From Pocillopora damicornis (taxonomy: Eukaryota): a stretch of DNA of 64,000 nucleotides. The first letter of the stretch is position 1. Every line of letters begins with the position of its first letter. Positions 46,201 through 59,891 of this stretch are shown here, one piece after another. Below the pieces are notes generated by a model that saw only the letters and a program-made list of their open reading frames with translations, was not told the origin of the DNA and ran no database searches. The stretch is from assembly GCF_003704095.1 (NCBI RefSeq), contig NW_020844218.1:186001-250000 (forward strand), read 5' to 3'. The position numbers were made by a program, and so were the translations under genes.

Positions 46201-49200
46201 TTCTATCACACCAGAGTCCCTTGAAAATGTGAAAGAGGTAGTGTTATTTACACTTGTGCAAAGTTATAATAAGTCATCATAGTGGAAAAGGTTTTTTTTT
46301 TTACCTACTATGTGCCACCTACAGTTTAGGGTCACACAGTATCTGATAAATTCTCTTCAGCATTAACATGGTTGGCTTGTTCTGCTGTTTTGAATGAATA
46401 TGTTTGTGTTTCTTTTTGTAGAAAGCAAAGGTACCAAAGTTCTTAGTAAAAGGCAATCTGGACAATGCTCTGTGCTCTATCTCTAAACCGTTCACAGGAG
46501 AGGTAAGAGTCTGATTATTGCTTAATAAGATAATAATCGTAAGACAGATTTTTAGGAAATGAATTTAAAAAAAAAGGCCTTTATAGTCATGTAGTTTGAC
46601 ATTGTTCTTTGAGATCTGAGATTTTCCTTTTCGAACCAAGTTTATCAATGGGCATATTTGGCTCATAAAGCAGGATTTGAACAGTTCTGCCTCTGTAATA
46701 TACGTGTAATTTACTGTGGAAATATTCAGCCAGGTGATTGCATGAAGAAACTGTTGTTATTTCATAGCTGGAGGTTGTTGAATCAGACAGACCTATCAAA
46801 TCCATTGAGTTGCAGCTTGTCAGAGTAGAAACATGTGGTAAGTAATTTTTAAAGGTTTATAATCTGTGGTTAACACTCCTCTATTGTATGTCCCTTAAAT
46901 AACATTTTTTATGGTGCTAGAAATATGCTTTAGAGGAATCATTGTTTCATCAGAGTTATGACAAATGAAACTTAGGAAATTAACTGTAGTGTTAGGTATG
47001 GCATTCAAAATTAAAGCAACATAAAAGCAATATAAATTGAAGAAAATATAACCTCTGGTGAGGTTAAAGGGAGAGAGGTTCTAATATTATTTTTAAATCA
47101 TGGACAGTTTTGCAACTTTTTTGACCATATAGCAAAAATTTTGACACTATAGCAAAAAATTCCAAACTTCATAGAATTGTCTTTAAATGTACTGTAGGAG
47201 TTAGGGGTATGTCTTAGGAATTTTGACTATTCTTTACAACACTCTAATAATAGCAGCTCTATAGCTTGATATTGTAATGCATTTCTCATCTGTTTCCATC
47301 GTTATATTTTGATGAAGTGTAGTGAGGATGGCCCCTTTAACCCCACATCAATATCAACGAAGGTCATGATCAATGACCAGTGAGAATGGGCCAAAACACA
47401 CCAAGACCAGCTTACTATCAAGCTGCATAGACAGTGATACACTACCTTTTGAATCTCATTGTCTGACAAAGACATCACTGTCCTTAATTAAAGTCTTCAC
47501 TGTACAACTGGTAGTGACTCTAAGACAAACAGTTAGACATTCATTTTCAAATTTATTATTTTCTTATTCTTCATATTGTAACTACCATTATCATTACTTT
47601 TAATATCATCGTGATCTTCACTTTTATCATAATTAGCTCCAGTATCACTATCATTAGTAATATTGCCATGCAAATAAAGTACATAGTAAACTTATAATTA
47701 CTCAATTCACTGACTCTAGGTTGTGCAGAAGGATACTCAAAAGATGGTAATTATATTGTATTTTGCTACTAGAATTATTTGGCAAGAAGAAGTTTATCCC
47801 AACCACCTTTTTTTACTTTGTTCTGTACAGATGTAAGGTAGCAGTGTGTGTTGAAGCATACCTTAATATGCTACCACATGTTTTCTGTAAATCTGTAGAC
47901 TTGGTTCTTCTGTCTTAGACATATGGGGTGCTTATCTTACATTACCAAAGACAGGAAAGACCTAAAGTTTTCAAAATGAATAACAAGCCCATAAAATGTT
48001 TTTATTCACAGTTTTATGAAAAATAATCAAGAAAAAAAATTATAAACTGCAATTTTTGCTTTCTTGCATAGAAACAGTGTAAAATTGCCAAATTTTGAAA
48101 TGTGTCAAAATCCCACACATATTTGTAATGTCTTGGGGACAATATCAACCTTCCAGGCCCCATGATAGACCAAGACAGAATTTCTCCTTACAATACCAAT
48201 ACAATATCATGCAGGCAAGTGATGAGAATAGAGAAAAAGCAAGCAAGCAGTCCTGATAACAGTATGCCATCCAGTAAACAGCACAATTCTAGCTATCAGT
48301 ATTAGAAATATTTTTATTTTTATTTTATTCATTTGTCATTTTATGCAAAACAAAACAAAATTATCAAAGGCTAGGAAAACTAATAATTAAAGGTTGCAAG
48401 CTTAGGTTCCCTCACATGTGCAGTTGTTGTACAAGATTAATGAACCTAAACAACAAACAAAAATCTAAACAACATATGTAATAAATAGAATAATATTCTT
48501 TTACAGCTACCGAGATTCAGAACATTCAGGTAGGCTGTAAAATTGTTCTATTAAACAAAATAGAATATCTTTTGAAGATTGACTTCATGACAACGAGAAT
48601 GTATCTCTAGTGAAATTTTAAGACTTTTGTGGTTATTTGAATGAGGTAACACTGTCCAGCCGTATCACAAAAAGGAAAGCAGCCGATATATTTTTTTAAA
48701 CTTGTAAAATCGTTGAGAACAATGTGTCAAAGCGACGGAGGTGAAATGATGAATCACAGGAAATAGACAATCGAAAGGCATAAACCGAAAACTCTGTTTT
48801 ATTCATTAAGACGGAATATTAAACATGTGTAAGGCAATGACCGAAATCGGTAAGCCTAAAAACCCATTGCCCAATCGTTAGCTGGTGCTCAAATTGCCTA
48901 TTGGAAGAAGTGTTTAGAAATCTTTCTAACTTAGTTGCCAGAGTTAGTTATGTCGGTCAGTATGGTACAACGGTTGTCAAGAACTGTCTGCAGCTATCCT
49001 TAGCGCGGCAGAAATACACCCAGCTTTATTTCAATAACTTTGAACTTTCGTTTCAGATCGCAGAGGGAGATGTTTGTCGCGGTCTCAGGATCCCAATATA
49101 CATGATATTTCCTCGTCTATTTACCTGCCCGACATTGACCACTGCGAACTTCAAAATTGGTCAGTTGAGTACCTATAATAGAAATCACAAGCGCAGGAAG

Positions 49201-50351
49201 GATTTTACTGAAAGTCAAAGCAAAGCCAGTTTTTTTCTTTATTTTCCGTTATCATAGATAACCACTTTTTTTTGACAAATAGAGGGGCTAACAGCCAGCA
49301 CCCTAAAGACCCTATAGCCATGGCCGTGAGAACATGTCACACATTCATATTTTCTGTAGCGATGGGCGTAGTTCGATGGGCCGATGGAATAACTTCCTTA
49401 AGGCTTCATTAAACTGACCGTGTAGCCCTCTCTTGTTTGTCACAGAACTGCCTGGAAGAAGGTAGCTAAAAAATTGATATAACGGCTGAAGAAAAAAGTC
49501 AGTTGATGCAAAAGAAGTGATTCCCGCTAAGATACGAAAAACGCACCAGTGGAAAAAGACATTCATCCCACTAGTTGAAAAGTTGTCTTCTTTCTGGCGG
49601 GTAGTTGCTAGTGAGAAAATTTAACAAGCTGCATAAGAAACTATTTTATCTAAAAGCAAATCTACGAGCGTCTTATCACAAATGCTGCAATCCGATTGGC
49701 CACGCTGCTCCCTATCCTTGACAATTATTTCACGATCGTGCATTGTATATGAGATGATAGATAGCTATGATCATCTCATATCCAACAAGCATGAGTAGAA
49801 TAATTGTTTTATTAGAAACCCTCCAAAATATAGATAAATCTCCCCAACTTTATTTTGTAAGAACAAACGGAATGTTTCAATGTACTACAACACTTCCGGT
49901 CTGGTTTTCATGCCTGTGCATGGTATGATGGCTCATAACCCATGATGTCTAAACCAATGAAAACTCTCGAATTGCGTAATCCGATGATCAAGGTTTTAAT
50001 AATCCGCGATGAACAATGAGTAGCTTGAGTAGTCCAACAGTGTGCGGTTATAAATAAAGTAAAAAATAAAATTATGATCATGTCTTGCTGTTATGCTGTG
50101 AACGACTATCAGATTTGTACTAAATCAACTTTGCGTTCCAGTATATTGGGGCTTCTCCATCTTCAACTATCACGCGATAGAAATCTCGCACTTTTAATCT
50201 AACTGTTGAATACAGCAGTTTGCAAATAATCTTTGTTCTTCCTCTTGTTTCAGAATTTGAGGTGAATGTGGTAATAGTTCTTCAGGATGATCATCTCATT
50301 ACAGAAAACTTTCCAATTAAAATTATGAGATTTGAAAATAATGCTGTATGA
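43217..50351 (+). CDS. VPS26C: VPS26C/DSCR3 (Retriever subunit), 11 exons
   Basis: Exons 43217-43270, 43934-44127, 44544-44643, 45154-45234, 46163-46237, 46422-46502, 46768-46837, 47720-47746, 48507-48529, 49057-49159, 50254-50351; VNLQLSAKSVGVFEAFYNS, LYETYHGVFVNIQY, ELQLVRVETCGCAEGY, IPIYMIFPRLFTCPTL, DHLITENFP. Confidence 0.95.
45690..45850 (+). mobile_element. tRNA-derived SINE-like remnant in VPS26C intron
   Basis: A-box-like tagctgagtg and B-box-like ggttcaagct at tRNA-like spacing; no intact cloverleaf. Confidence 0.45.
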
Positions 50352-50437
50352 TTCCTAGAGGGGAAGGACTCTTGCAAAGTGTCTCCTTCCTTTAGAAATG
50401 ATTAAAGGAAAGCTTATACAATCCATAAAGTCTAGTA

Positions 50438-51822
50438 AAGGATTTGAACGAAACAATGTATGTCTTGAATACAACAAGAAGTAGTTCTGACTTTCTGATG
50501 GTTTTTCAAGTGTTTAAAATGTGAATTTATAGCTGCATTAAAAATTATATATTTTTTAAGATGATAATAAACGAACAAGAATTCTGTTGAAGGGTGTGTT
50601 TTCGTGCCTTTTATTTTATGTTCCCCCAGAAACAGGCCTGATTTCCATGTACGAATAAATTTATACCATACTCAAACGCGTGACATATCTACGCGAAGGT
50701 CTTAGAAATAAAAACGTATAGTACTGTATTTTTCTCCACAAGGCCTGTATAACATTTCTTCCTTTTCTCTTCCTTCATCAAGTCTGAATGGCGGGTGGAC
50801 TCTGAAACCCACTGTAAGGAACTTCATTTGACTGTGTATTGGCAACGACCCCAAAAATGGACAAATTTTATTTTTTCTCATTCGCGTTGACAAATTGTGC
50901 TTTACATTGCTGAGAGCCTACATCCTTGCCCTATACATTGGTATATATTAACAATGTTATTTATTAAACCACGTAGAAAATGAAAAATATCAATAATACC
51001 TCGAATTCGCCTGGCTTGGCTGGCCTGGCTATTTGTTTGTCAACACACGTATGAAATTGATTTGACTGCAAAGAGGGAAAGTTTGTTTTTGAGTGCTTTA
51101 AACAAAGTCGGTGGGTGTTTCGGAAAACTGTTTCAAACATCCTTAAATCTACTACTTTCAATTTTATACACCAATACTGTACATCACCACAAAGGGAATT
51201 GGTTAGCATATCTCAGAGACGTGCTATTGTAAGCCCTGTAAGACTGAAAGTCTTGTTAGGGATTTGAACGAAACAATGAATATGTCTTTCATACGAAAAG
51301 AAGTAGTTCTGACCTTCAGCTGTCTTTTCAGGTGTTTAAAATGTGACGGCTGCATCAAAAATTTTATATCTTTTAATAGTAAGACGATAATAAACGAAAA
51401 AGAATTCTGTTGAAGAGTATGAACCCGCGCCTTCTATTTGATCTTCTCCCTGAAACAAGCCTGATTTCCTCGTACGAATAAAATTATACCATACTCAAAC
51501 GCGTGACGTAAGTGAAGGTCTCAGAATAAAAACGTAGTACCGTAGTTTTCTCCACAACGTCTGTATTTCTTCCTTCTCTCTTCCTTCATCAAGTCTGAAT
51601 GACGGGTGGACTCTGAAACCCTCTGTGAGGAGACCTCCATTTCTCAATATATTGGCAACGACCCCAAAAATTGATTATTTCTTTTTCTCATTCGCGGTAA
51701 CAAATTGTGCTTTACATTGCTGAAAGTCTACATCCCTGCCCTAGAAATTGGTGTGTGTTAACAATGTTATTTATTAAACCACGTGGAAAATGAAAAATAT
51801 CACTAATACCTCGAATTCGCCT
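50438..51822 (+). repeat. ~570-bp direct duplication of the VPS26C 3' UTR/flank (50438-51012 and 51258-51822)
   Basis: Both copies start ggatttgaacgaaacaatg and end aatacctcgaattcgcct. Confidence 0.9.
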
Positions 51823-51989
51823 AGCTGTTTGTTATTTACAGTGCGCTGTACAGGTCTATACATAGTTACAGCACCTTGTTTTTAAAGCACAGAAGACAAT
51901 TGTCGATAGTTTCAGTTTCGGCATTTATAATGAGCTGTTAACTGTGAAGTTGTTCTATTTTTACAAAACTGAAGGATTTGATTCTTGTT

Positions 51990-52213
51990 GGTCTGTTTCA
52001 CATTTTTCTTTTGTCACGTGTTGACACAGGCTCATTATATCCGGGTATATTATACGTTTGGGCTTCTGCATTGTTTTCATTATAATGAGGATTTCGTTAT
52101 ATCGAGCTTTTTTCCCATACATTTTACTGTAGGTTTGGCTGGGCTGAAGAGTATCGTTGGTTCTACGGAGGACTTCGTTATCTTGCGGTTCGTTGAATCG
52201 AAGTTCCACTGTA
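51990..52213 (-). mobile_element. pogo/Tigger-like DNA transposon end
   Basis: Reverse strand begins TA-CAGTGGAACTTCGATTCAACGAA with internal repeats of gataacgaa/tataacgaa. Confidence 0.5.
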
Positions 52214-53518
52214 ATTGTGACCAACTATAAAAAAACTGTTGTGAACGGTGAAGCTGATTACTTTTCAGGATCTTAAAAGTATTTGGAATGAAGCTTGGAG
52301 CGGTTATGTTTCTTCTTGGAAGTAAGCACTTTTCAATATGATAAGTTAATTTTTTTAAACGTATATTTAAAGGAACTAATTTGTGGTTCGAGAGTACCGC
52401 ATGATGACTGATGAGGGCGAAGCCAGAAGCTGTTATCGCGCGATAAATGTTAAGAGCGTAAAATCGAATTGTTCTGGTTTAAAATCTACCAAACGTTCAA
52501 TCTCATTAGCAAGACAGGCTCATTGAAGTTGAAATTGAATAATGATCTAAACCGCAGTTCCGACGCACGGATAATTGACACTTGCACCTTCGTACTTTTA
52601 CCTTTGTGTACTCCTTTGTGTTTTTTTCAAGGATCATTGAAATCTTCATTCGCTCGAACCTGAAACGAAAAGTCTTCTGTTAACAGGGTATTTTACAAGT
52701 GCCTGATAGCTCGATTTATTTAATTTGTCTTTCTAATACATAGCTTCCGCTAATTTTTGTTCTCAAATTCCTTATTTCTTAAAGCTCGGAAAATCTCGTA
52801 AATGTTAAGCAAAGCAGAGGAAACAAGTTTTGTACGACGTCAGCCATGCGCTGAACTCTTAGGGATCGTTGGGGACTGATCACGAACAGTTTTTCGCATA
52901 AATATGGATTTCTTCGTAGAAAGTGCGACGTACAGATTTTTACTCACGATTTGGAAAACTTGAGAAAGCGAGCGAATTGTTTAGTTCAGTAAACTACACA
53001 GAGCCTTTTTGCGCATCAACGGACTACTTTTTGTCATATTTTTTTTTTACTCGTTCTGATTTGGATGAAACGTCGTGCTTTATCAGAGTACAGATGCTTG
53101 GAGTAACTTTGCCATGCCATCAAACGATCTGTGCAATGGCCGAATATTTCCCGGACTTCTCTCTCGTTTTTTTTTTCTTTTTTCTATTGACCTACAAGTC
53201 TTGCATGACCTAGAAGGCGAATATGAAAACGACCTCCTGGCTTCAATTGATCCAGAACAACCCGTGTAAGCAACAGAACAAATCACATGGAGATAGAAAG
53301 TGAAGTTTCGGAACCAAGGTATTGATAAAAACACCGAGTCAGTTAAAAGCAACGGGAGAAATAAACAACTGCTTGTGGCTATGCCAAACGTCGAAATTGA
53401 CGAAATTTATAACTTGAGCAGTGACGAAAAACACCAAAGAGAAAACGCCGGAAGTAGACTGTTCGACTTTTTGAGGGTTTTCTCGTTTTAAGAGTGTCTC
53501 AAGCTCAATTACGATAAT

Positions 53519-55330
53519 AGAGTTGAAACACTGTTAACACTCATATAATAAATATTTAACAGTTTTTTCTTCAAAAAAAATCAAACAGGAATGATGTGAC
53601 TTGTGAAACTATTTCAACTATTTTAGTTTGTGAGCTATTTCAGTTTATGAACTATTTCAGTTTGTGAGCTATTTCAGTTTGTGATCTTTGATGTTTTCAC
53701 ATTTTGACTGCTTTAGTCTTATCCAATCAAATTATTTGAAAATATCGAAAAAAGGTTCGATTGGTCTGTTTTGGCGAGCTTTATGAGAGTACAGCAGCAT
53801 GCTAACGCCACCTTTGTTCGTTTAGAAGCCAAAGTTCGTTTTGAAAATTTTTACGAACGCCTGGCGAATTTATTGTTTTCTTCATCACAAAACCAATGAA
53901 AAATTGAAAGCCTGTTTCATGACAAAGAGGATGATTCTAACACCCCTAACAAAGATACTTTGGAAACACTACAGATTTGAAAGTGTAAATGGACTCCCCC
54001 AGAGGGCTAATTCGCATCTTTAGATTTTTTCATCAAAAAATGTCGCCACGATTTTAATAAACTTAAATTCAATCGTAACACCAAATTTTCTAACCTTTCT
54101 TCGAAAGAATGGTCGGCCCTAAAAAGTCCAGAAAAACGCAGACATAGTTATTAAAGCGGCCGACAAATGAGGCGCAGTCGTTGTTTGGCGGGCCGATCTC
54201 TACCAAAGAGAAGCTTTGCGACAACTTTCTTATACCTCTTTTGCAAAAGTTGACAAAGATCTCCATCCCATCAAGCATAGCTAAACAAGAATTGCCGGCC
54301 ATTGCAAAAACCCTCATCATCACCACTCCTAAAACTTTTTGTATTTACTTTTTACTAAAATCCACAAACCTAACAACCTTGGTCGACCCATCGTCTTTGC
54401 CTGCAGTTGTCCTGCCGAACTCATTTCAAGCTATTTAGACAAAATTATAGCACCTATCGTCAAATCTTAACCATCATACATGAAGGACAGCCACCACGCA
54501 CTTGAAATTATTTGTGACTTTAATTTCCTCGGCCAAAATAAACTTATTTTCACTTTGGATGCTACATATCTTTATACTGTCATTCCCAATGACGAAGGTG
54601 TCTGGGCCCTCAAACATTTTTCCGATCAACGCACTGTTAGGGAACTTAGCTCTGAAACACTACTCCGTTTAGCCAAACTAGCACTTACATTCAGTTGCTT
54701 CTCATTCCGTAGCAACTACTATAATCAAACTAATGGCGTAGCCGTGGGTACTAAAATGGGACTCATCTACGCCAATCTTTTCGTAGGATTTATCATGAAC
54801 ACCAATTTTTTGGTCAAACTGCGGCCCCAGCCTGATGTTAAGACACTGGCACATGCACATGCCCAACCACGACCGCTACATTGACGACTGCATCGGGACC
54901 ACCGCCTCTGTCAGAGAGGAGCTCACTCAATTTATAACTGCCGTCAATTACTTTCACCCGGCTCTGAAATATACCTCTGAAATTTACGACACTTCTTTGA
55001 ATTTTCTAGACATAAAAATTTCAATTTTAGACAACGGTCTATGCACTACAGATTCACATATTTGTTACTTGTTATATTCATCTTTACATCCATCACACGA
55101 AAAGAAGTCCATACCTTTTTCACAGTTCAGTCAGACTTCGTCGTTTATGTAGTGACGACTCTGATTCTTCCGGAAAATCAGAGACAATCTACCAGTTTTT
55201 CGATGAACGCGACTAACCTGTTTCTTTCCACAACCGCGCCCAACAAATTGATCGACAGTAAGCACTACGGCTCCGAAGGAAAATACTGATCGCATTCCTC
55301 TCACATTTCACCCTCAGAACCACGCAATTA
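53519..55330 (+). mobile_element. Penelope-like retroelement RT remnant (copy 1) with shared upstream flank
   Basis: Frameshifted KIHKPNN.GRPIV, LYTVIPNDEG, NGVAVGTKMG..YANLFVG, RYIDD, FLDI, TDSH.YLLYSS.HP motifs typical of PLE RT. Confidence 0.85.
53605..53685 (+). repeat. Short tandem array of about 18-bp tgagctatttcagtttg units
   Basis: About four imperfect copies; also reversed at about 58043-58110. Confidence 0.8.
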
Positions 55331-56711
55331 TCAGTCTTAAATCTATCCTTCCGTCAATAACTTTAACATTGTGATTCTAAATTAGGCATGTGCCTGTGTC
55401 TTAACATTACGCTAATGCTCATGCTTATGTTTCTGCGTCTGTTAAAAGTATTGTACAATTGATTGACATCGTTCTTTGGCTAAGAGATGATCATTTCAAT
55501 AAAGACAAAATGAGTTTTTGCGTTTATTTTTATTATTCCATGTCAAGTTTGCTGATACAGTGCAGTCCAATACGTGGAATAATATTTTCTAATCGATTGA
55601 AAGACCAAGTTTGTATGGTAAAACTTGACCACCCATTCAGCTTTAATCTGAGTGCCCCTGTCACAGAGAAGTTTATAGAGAAGGCACAATAATTACTGGC
55701 TGATGATGTCGAGTATTCATGCACATAATAGGTCTTTCAAAAGTTAATTCAGAAACAATTTTTCGTGGCTTTTCTTTCAGGTGTTGTGGTGCTTCTTGCG
55801 AAAGCAGCAAATGTTAATGGTAAGTGTTAGTGCATCAACTTACGCAATTCTCGTCTTTGGCTTAAGTCAAAATTTCTCTGTGAACTTTACCTAAGAAATG
55901 ATAATCAAGTAAGGAGAGATTGAAAGAGATGATATGAGTTGTCATATTTATAAATCTCGGACCAGTGAATCGCCGGGCAGTCGACATAAAACTATTACAA
56001 GCAATCGAATTGAATCAGTATTTTGTATGCTGTTCTAGTAAAGACACCGACAAGACAAAATTCCCAGGCTTGTTCTTTTGAAAAACGTGATGATTGTTCA
56101 AATTTTGTTAGGGTATATTTGCGTGAGTCAACAACTCGATCCTCGGATGGAGATTGGAAGAACTCGCCGGGTAAACTATGGAAAGATTCAACACACGATC
56201 GACTCAGCGTTTGCATTTGTTCCCGTATCTTAGAAACAGAGACATATTTTTAGTTTACGGGCAGACTAGTTTTAAGCATTAACATCCGCACTAACAAGTG
56301 AGCGTTAGGAGACCACTCTTGAAAGTAACTGTCATATTTTACCTAACAATGATCGGGAGAGCATGAGGAAAGTTAACTATAGAAAGCACATGGCCGACTT
56401 GTTTGTGTGCATTTTTTTTTGTTTCATCGGTTATTTACTTGGCGAGAAAACAACAGTAACTGTGGCTTTCAATTCTTTCGTCAAAATCAGACGCATCATT
56501 AAGGACTGGATCAGGGTTTCTACTGAGCTCTTAAAAAAAAGCTCATTCTGTTTTTGTGTAAAGGAAAATCACTTTTTTTTCAACGGTCAGACTGATGCAA
56601 AGCTTAAGCTGCCTTTTCTTCGTCAATCCCCTATGCGCATTTCCTTAATGGTTTCACTCGGACGATGCCCTCATTTTTCAGTTTAGGAAGGTCATGAGCG
56701 GTGCGACCATG

Positions 56712-56811
56712 NNNNNNNNNNNNNNNNNNNNNNNNNNNNNNNNNNNNNNNNNNNNNNNNNNNNNNNNNNNNNNNNNNNNNNNNNNNNNNNNNNNNNNNNN
56801 NNNNNNNNNNN
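56712..56811. other. Assembly gap (100 N)
   Basis: Run of N. Confidence 1.
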
Positions 56812-58193
56812 TCTCTGGAAGAGGAGGTAGCGCCGATGCAATCGTCAATGTAGCGGCCGTAGAGTTCAGGTTTGGGGCCGTGGTGTTGACTAAATATTGG
56901 CGTTCGATAAAATCTACGAAAAGATTGGCCTACCTGGATCAATATTTTAGTACCCATGGCTACGCCATTAGTTTGATTGTGGTAGTTGCCACAGAATGAA
57001 AAGCAATTGAATGCAAGCACTAGTTCGGCTAGACGGAGAAGTGCTTCAGAACTAGGTTCCTTAACAGTGCGTTGATCGGAAAAATGTTTGAGGGCTCGGA
57101 GACCTTCGTCATTGGGAATGACAGTAAAGATATGTAGCATCCACGGTGAAAATAAGTTTCTTTTGGCCAAGGAAATTAAAGTCACGAAAAATTTCAAGTG
57201 CGCGTTGGCTGTCCTTCAAGTATGATGGTAAAATTTTGACGATAGGTGCTATAATTTTGTCTAAATAGCTGGAAATGAGTGCGGCGAGACAACTGCTGGC
57301 AGAAATGATGGGTCGGCCAAAGTTGTTAGGTTTGTGGATTTTAGGTAAAAAGTAAATACACAAAGTTCTAGAGTGGTGATGGCAAGAGTTTTTGCAGTGA
57401 CCGGCAATTCTTGTTTAGCTATAAGATCGTTAGTCGTTTTTTTGAGAACGTTTTGGTTGATGAAATTGAGATCTTTGTCAACTTTAGCATAAAGAGAGGT
57501 ATCAGAAAGTTGCCGCAAAGCTTGTCTTTGGTAGAGGTGGGCCCCCCAAACAGCGACTGCGCCTCATTGGTTGGCCGCTTTAATAACTATGTCTGTGATT
57601 TTTTAGACTTTTTAGTGCCGACCACTCTTCCGAAGAAAAGTGGAAAATTTGGTGTTACGATTGAATTTAAGTTTGTAAATATCGTGAGGACATTTTTTTA
57701 TGAAAAAAATCTAAAGATGCGAATTTGCCCTCTGGGGGAGTCCATTTAGACTTTCGAATTTGAAGTGTTTCGAAAGTATCTTTGTTGGAGGAGTCAGAAT
57801 CATTCTCTTTGTCGTGAAAAAAGGCTTTCAATTTTTTATCAATTTTGGGACAAAGAAAACAATAAATTCGCCACGCGTTCATAAAAATGCTCAGAACAAA
57901 CTTTTGTTTCCCAACGAACATAAACATGCTGCTGTACTCTTAAAAAGCTCGCCAAAATAGACCAATCGAACCTCTGTTAGATTGTTTCAAATAATATGAT
58001 TGGATAAGACTAAAGCAATCAAAATGTGAAACCATCAAAGATCACAAACTGAAATAGTTCACAAACTGAAATATTTTACATACTGAAATAGTTTACATAC
58101 TTAAAATGTTCCGCAAGTCAGCAGGTTTGATTTGTTTTTGAAGAAAAAACCTATTCATATTTATTATATGAGTGTTAAAAGTGTTTCAACTCT
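56812..58193 (-). mobile_element. Penelope-like retroelement RT remnant (copy 2), isolated between two gaps
   Basis: YFLPKIHKPNNFGRPIISA, NGVAMGTK, LYGRYIDDCIG; reverse-complement match to copy 1 including non-coding flank. Confidence 0.87.
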
Positions 58194-58293
58194 NNNNNNN
58201 NNNNNNNNNNNNNNNNNNNNNNNNNNNNNNNNNNNNNNNNNNNNNNNNNNNNNNNNNNNNNNNNNNNNNNNNNNNNNNNNNNNNNNNNNNNNN
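58194..58293. other. Assembly gap (100 N)
   Basis: Run of N. Confidence 1.
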
Positions 58294-59891
58294 CAAAGAA
58301 GAAACAATAATTACTGGCTGGTGATATCGAGTATTCGTGCACATAACTGGTCTTGCAAAAGTTAATCCAAAAATAACTTTTTCTTTCAGGTATTGTGGTG
58401 CTTCTTCCAAAAGCAGCAAGTGTTCTTGGTAAGTCTTATAGTGCATCAACTTACTTGATTCCGGTCTTTGGAGTTCAGAACTCAATATTTCTCGGTGAAC
58501 TTTAGCTAAGAAATGGTAATCAAATAAGGTGAGATTGAAGGAGACGATACGAGTTCATTGTCATATTTTGTAAATTTTGGGCAAGTGAATAGCCGAGCAG
58601 TCGACATTGTTCTAGTAAAGACACCGACAAAACAAAATTCCAAGGCTTGTTCTTTTGAAAAATGTGATGATTGTTCAAATTTTGTGTGGGTATATTTGTG
58701 AGAGTTCGATTTTTCTCGGTTGCCATACTCAGTCAAAAACTCGATCTCAGATCGAGATTGAAAGAAGTCGGTTAAACTATGCAAAGATAGAACACACGAT
58801 TGACTCAGCTAGCTTTTGCATCCGTTCCCGCGTCTTAGAAACATAGAGACATATTTTTAGTTTGTGGAAAGACTGGTTTTAAGCAGTAAAATCCGCGGGA
58901 GAAACCAATGAGCGTTCGGAGACCACTCTTGAAAGTAACTGTCATATTTTACGAAACAATGACTAAGAGAGCATAGGGAGAGTGAACCATAAAAGGCAAA
59001 TGGCCGACTTGTTTGTGTGCATTTGTGTTGTTTCATCGGTTATATACCTAGCGAGAGAACAATAGTAACTGTGACTTTCAATTCTTTCGACAATACCATA
59101 CGCATCAGTAAGGACTGAGTTAGGGGTTCTACTAAGCTCTTAAAAAAAAAGCATATTCGGTTTTTGTGTAGAGGAGAATCACTTTCTTTTCAACAGTCAG
59201 CCTGATGCAAAACTTAGGCTGGCTTTTCTTCGTCAATCACTTGTGCGCATTTCCTTAATGATTTCACTCGGACGATGCCCTCATTTTTCAGTTCAGGAAG
59301 GTCATGAGCGGTGCGACCATGTGCTTTGTTCGTCTTCTCTAAGGCGTGGTTTTTCCATTCATGAAGGCTCCGGAGATTCCACGGCTCTGGTAACGGCTCG
59401 GTTACGTTGGTAGAGTACCGATGAGAAAACTTTTTATTGCCACTTTTACCGAGCATGTAAAAAAAGGGCCAATCAGAATACGTGAAAGTCGTTACAAAAT
59501 TTTTCAGTAGTGAAATTAACCTTTCCATCACGGACGATGGGAGGCCCACAAATTTGGGAATACTTAAGAAGCTGGAGTAGTTTGTCGACCAGCAGGTAAG
59601 GAGGTGATTCTCCTATATCGTATATAATTTAGAATACACAAACTCTCCTTCGTTCTCCCAATTTTTCGTTTTTCCAACCTCCTTGATATTAGCAGAGCGA
59701 ATTCAACTAAACCAAACTTGTATAGTACCTATTTTCAAAGGGTATTCCCGATGTTGTTCTTTTCATATTTTCGTATATTCCGTTGAACGGTCTCGTCAAA
59801 TGCAATTAAAATTACAAGGCCTATGTTGGCTGTTGGCTTCCCCACTGATTAACCATGTATACCTAGCTAAATTTTATCCTTACACTCACAG

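Larger units (their letters stand above)
55687..59321 (+). repeat. ~1-kb direct duplication (55687-56711 and 58305-59321), each with a 39-bp phase-1 exon
   Basis: Both begin caataattactggctg and end gtgcgaccatg; exons 55781-55819 (VVVLLAKAANVN) and 58390-58428 have AG/GT borders and resemble a signal-peptide tail. Confidence 0.85.

Noticed and set aside
53170-53500. Possible Crypton/tyrosine-recombinase N-terminal relic (EIDEI...KNTKEKT across a frameshift); similar traces near 49440-49550
   Set aside because: Too degenerate to call without a profile search.
53605-53685. Short repeat array as possible CRISPR
   Set aside because: No unique spacers, no cas genes, eukaryotic context; a minisatellite.
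56631-57197. ORF joining RT sequence to HGRTAHDLP across N run
   Set aside because: Artefact of translating through an assembly gap.
59214-59549. Minus-strand ORF with AHDLPELKNEGIVRV, reminiscent of a Gypsy integrase tail
   Set aside because: Single weak motif without RT, RNase H or integrase core.
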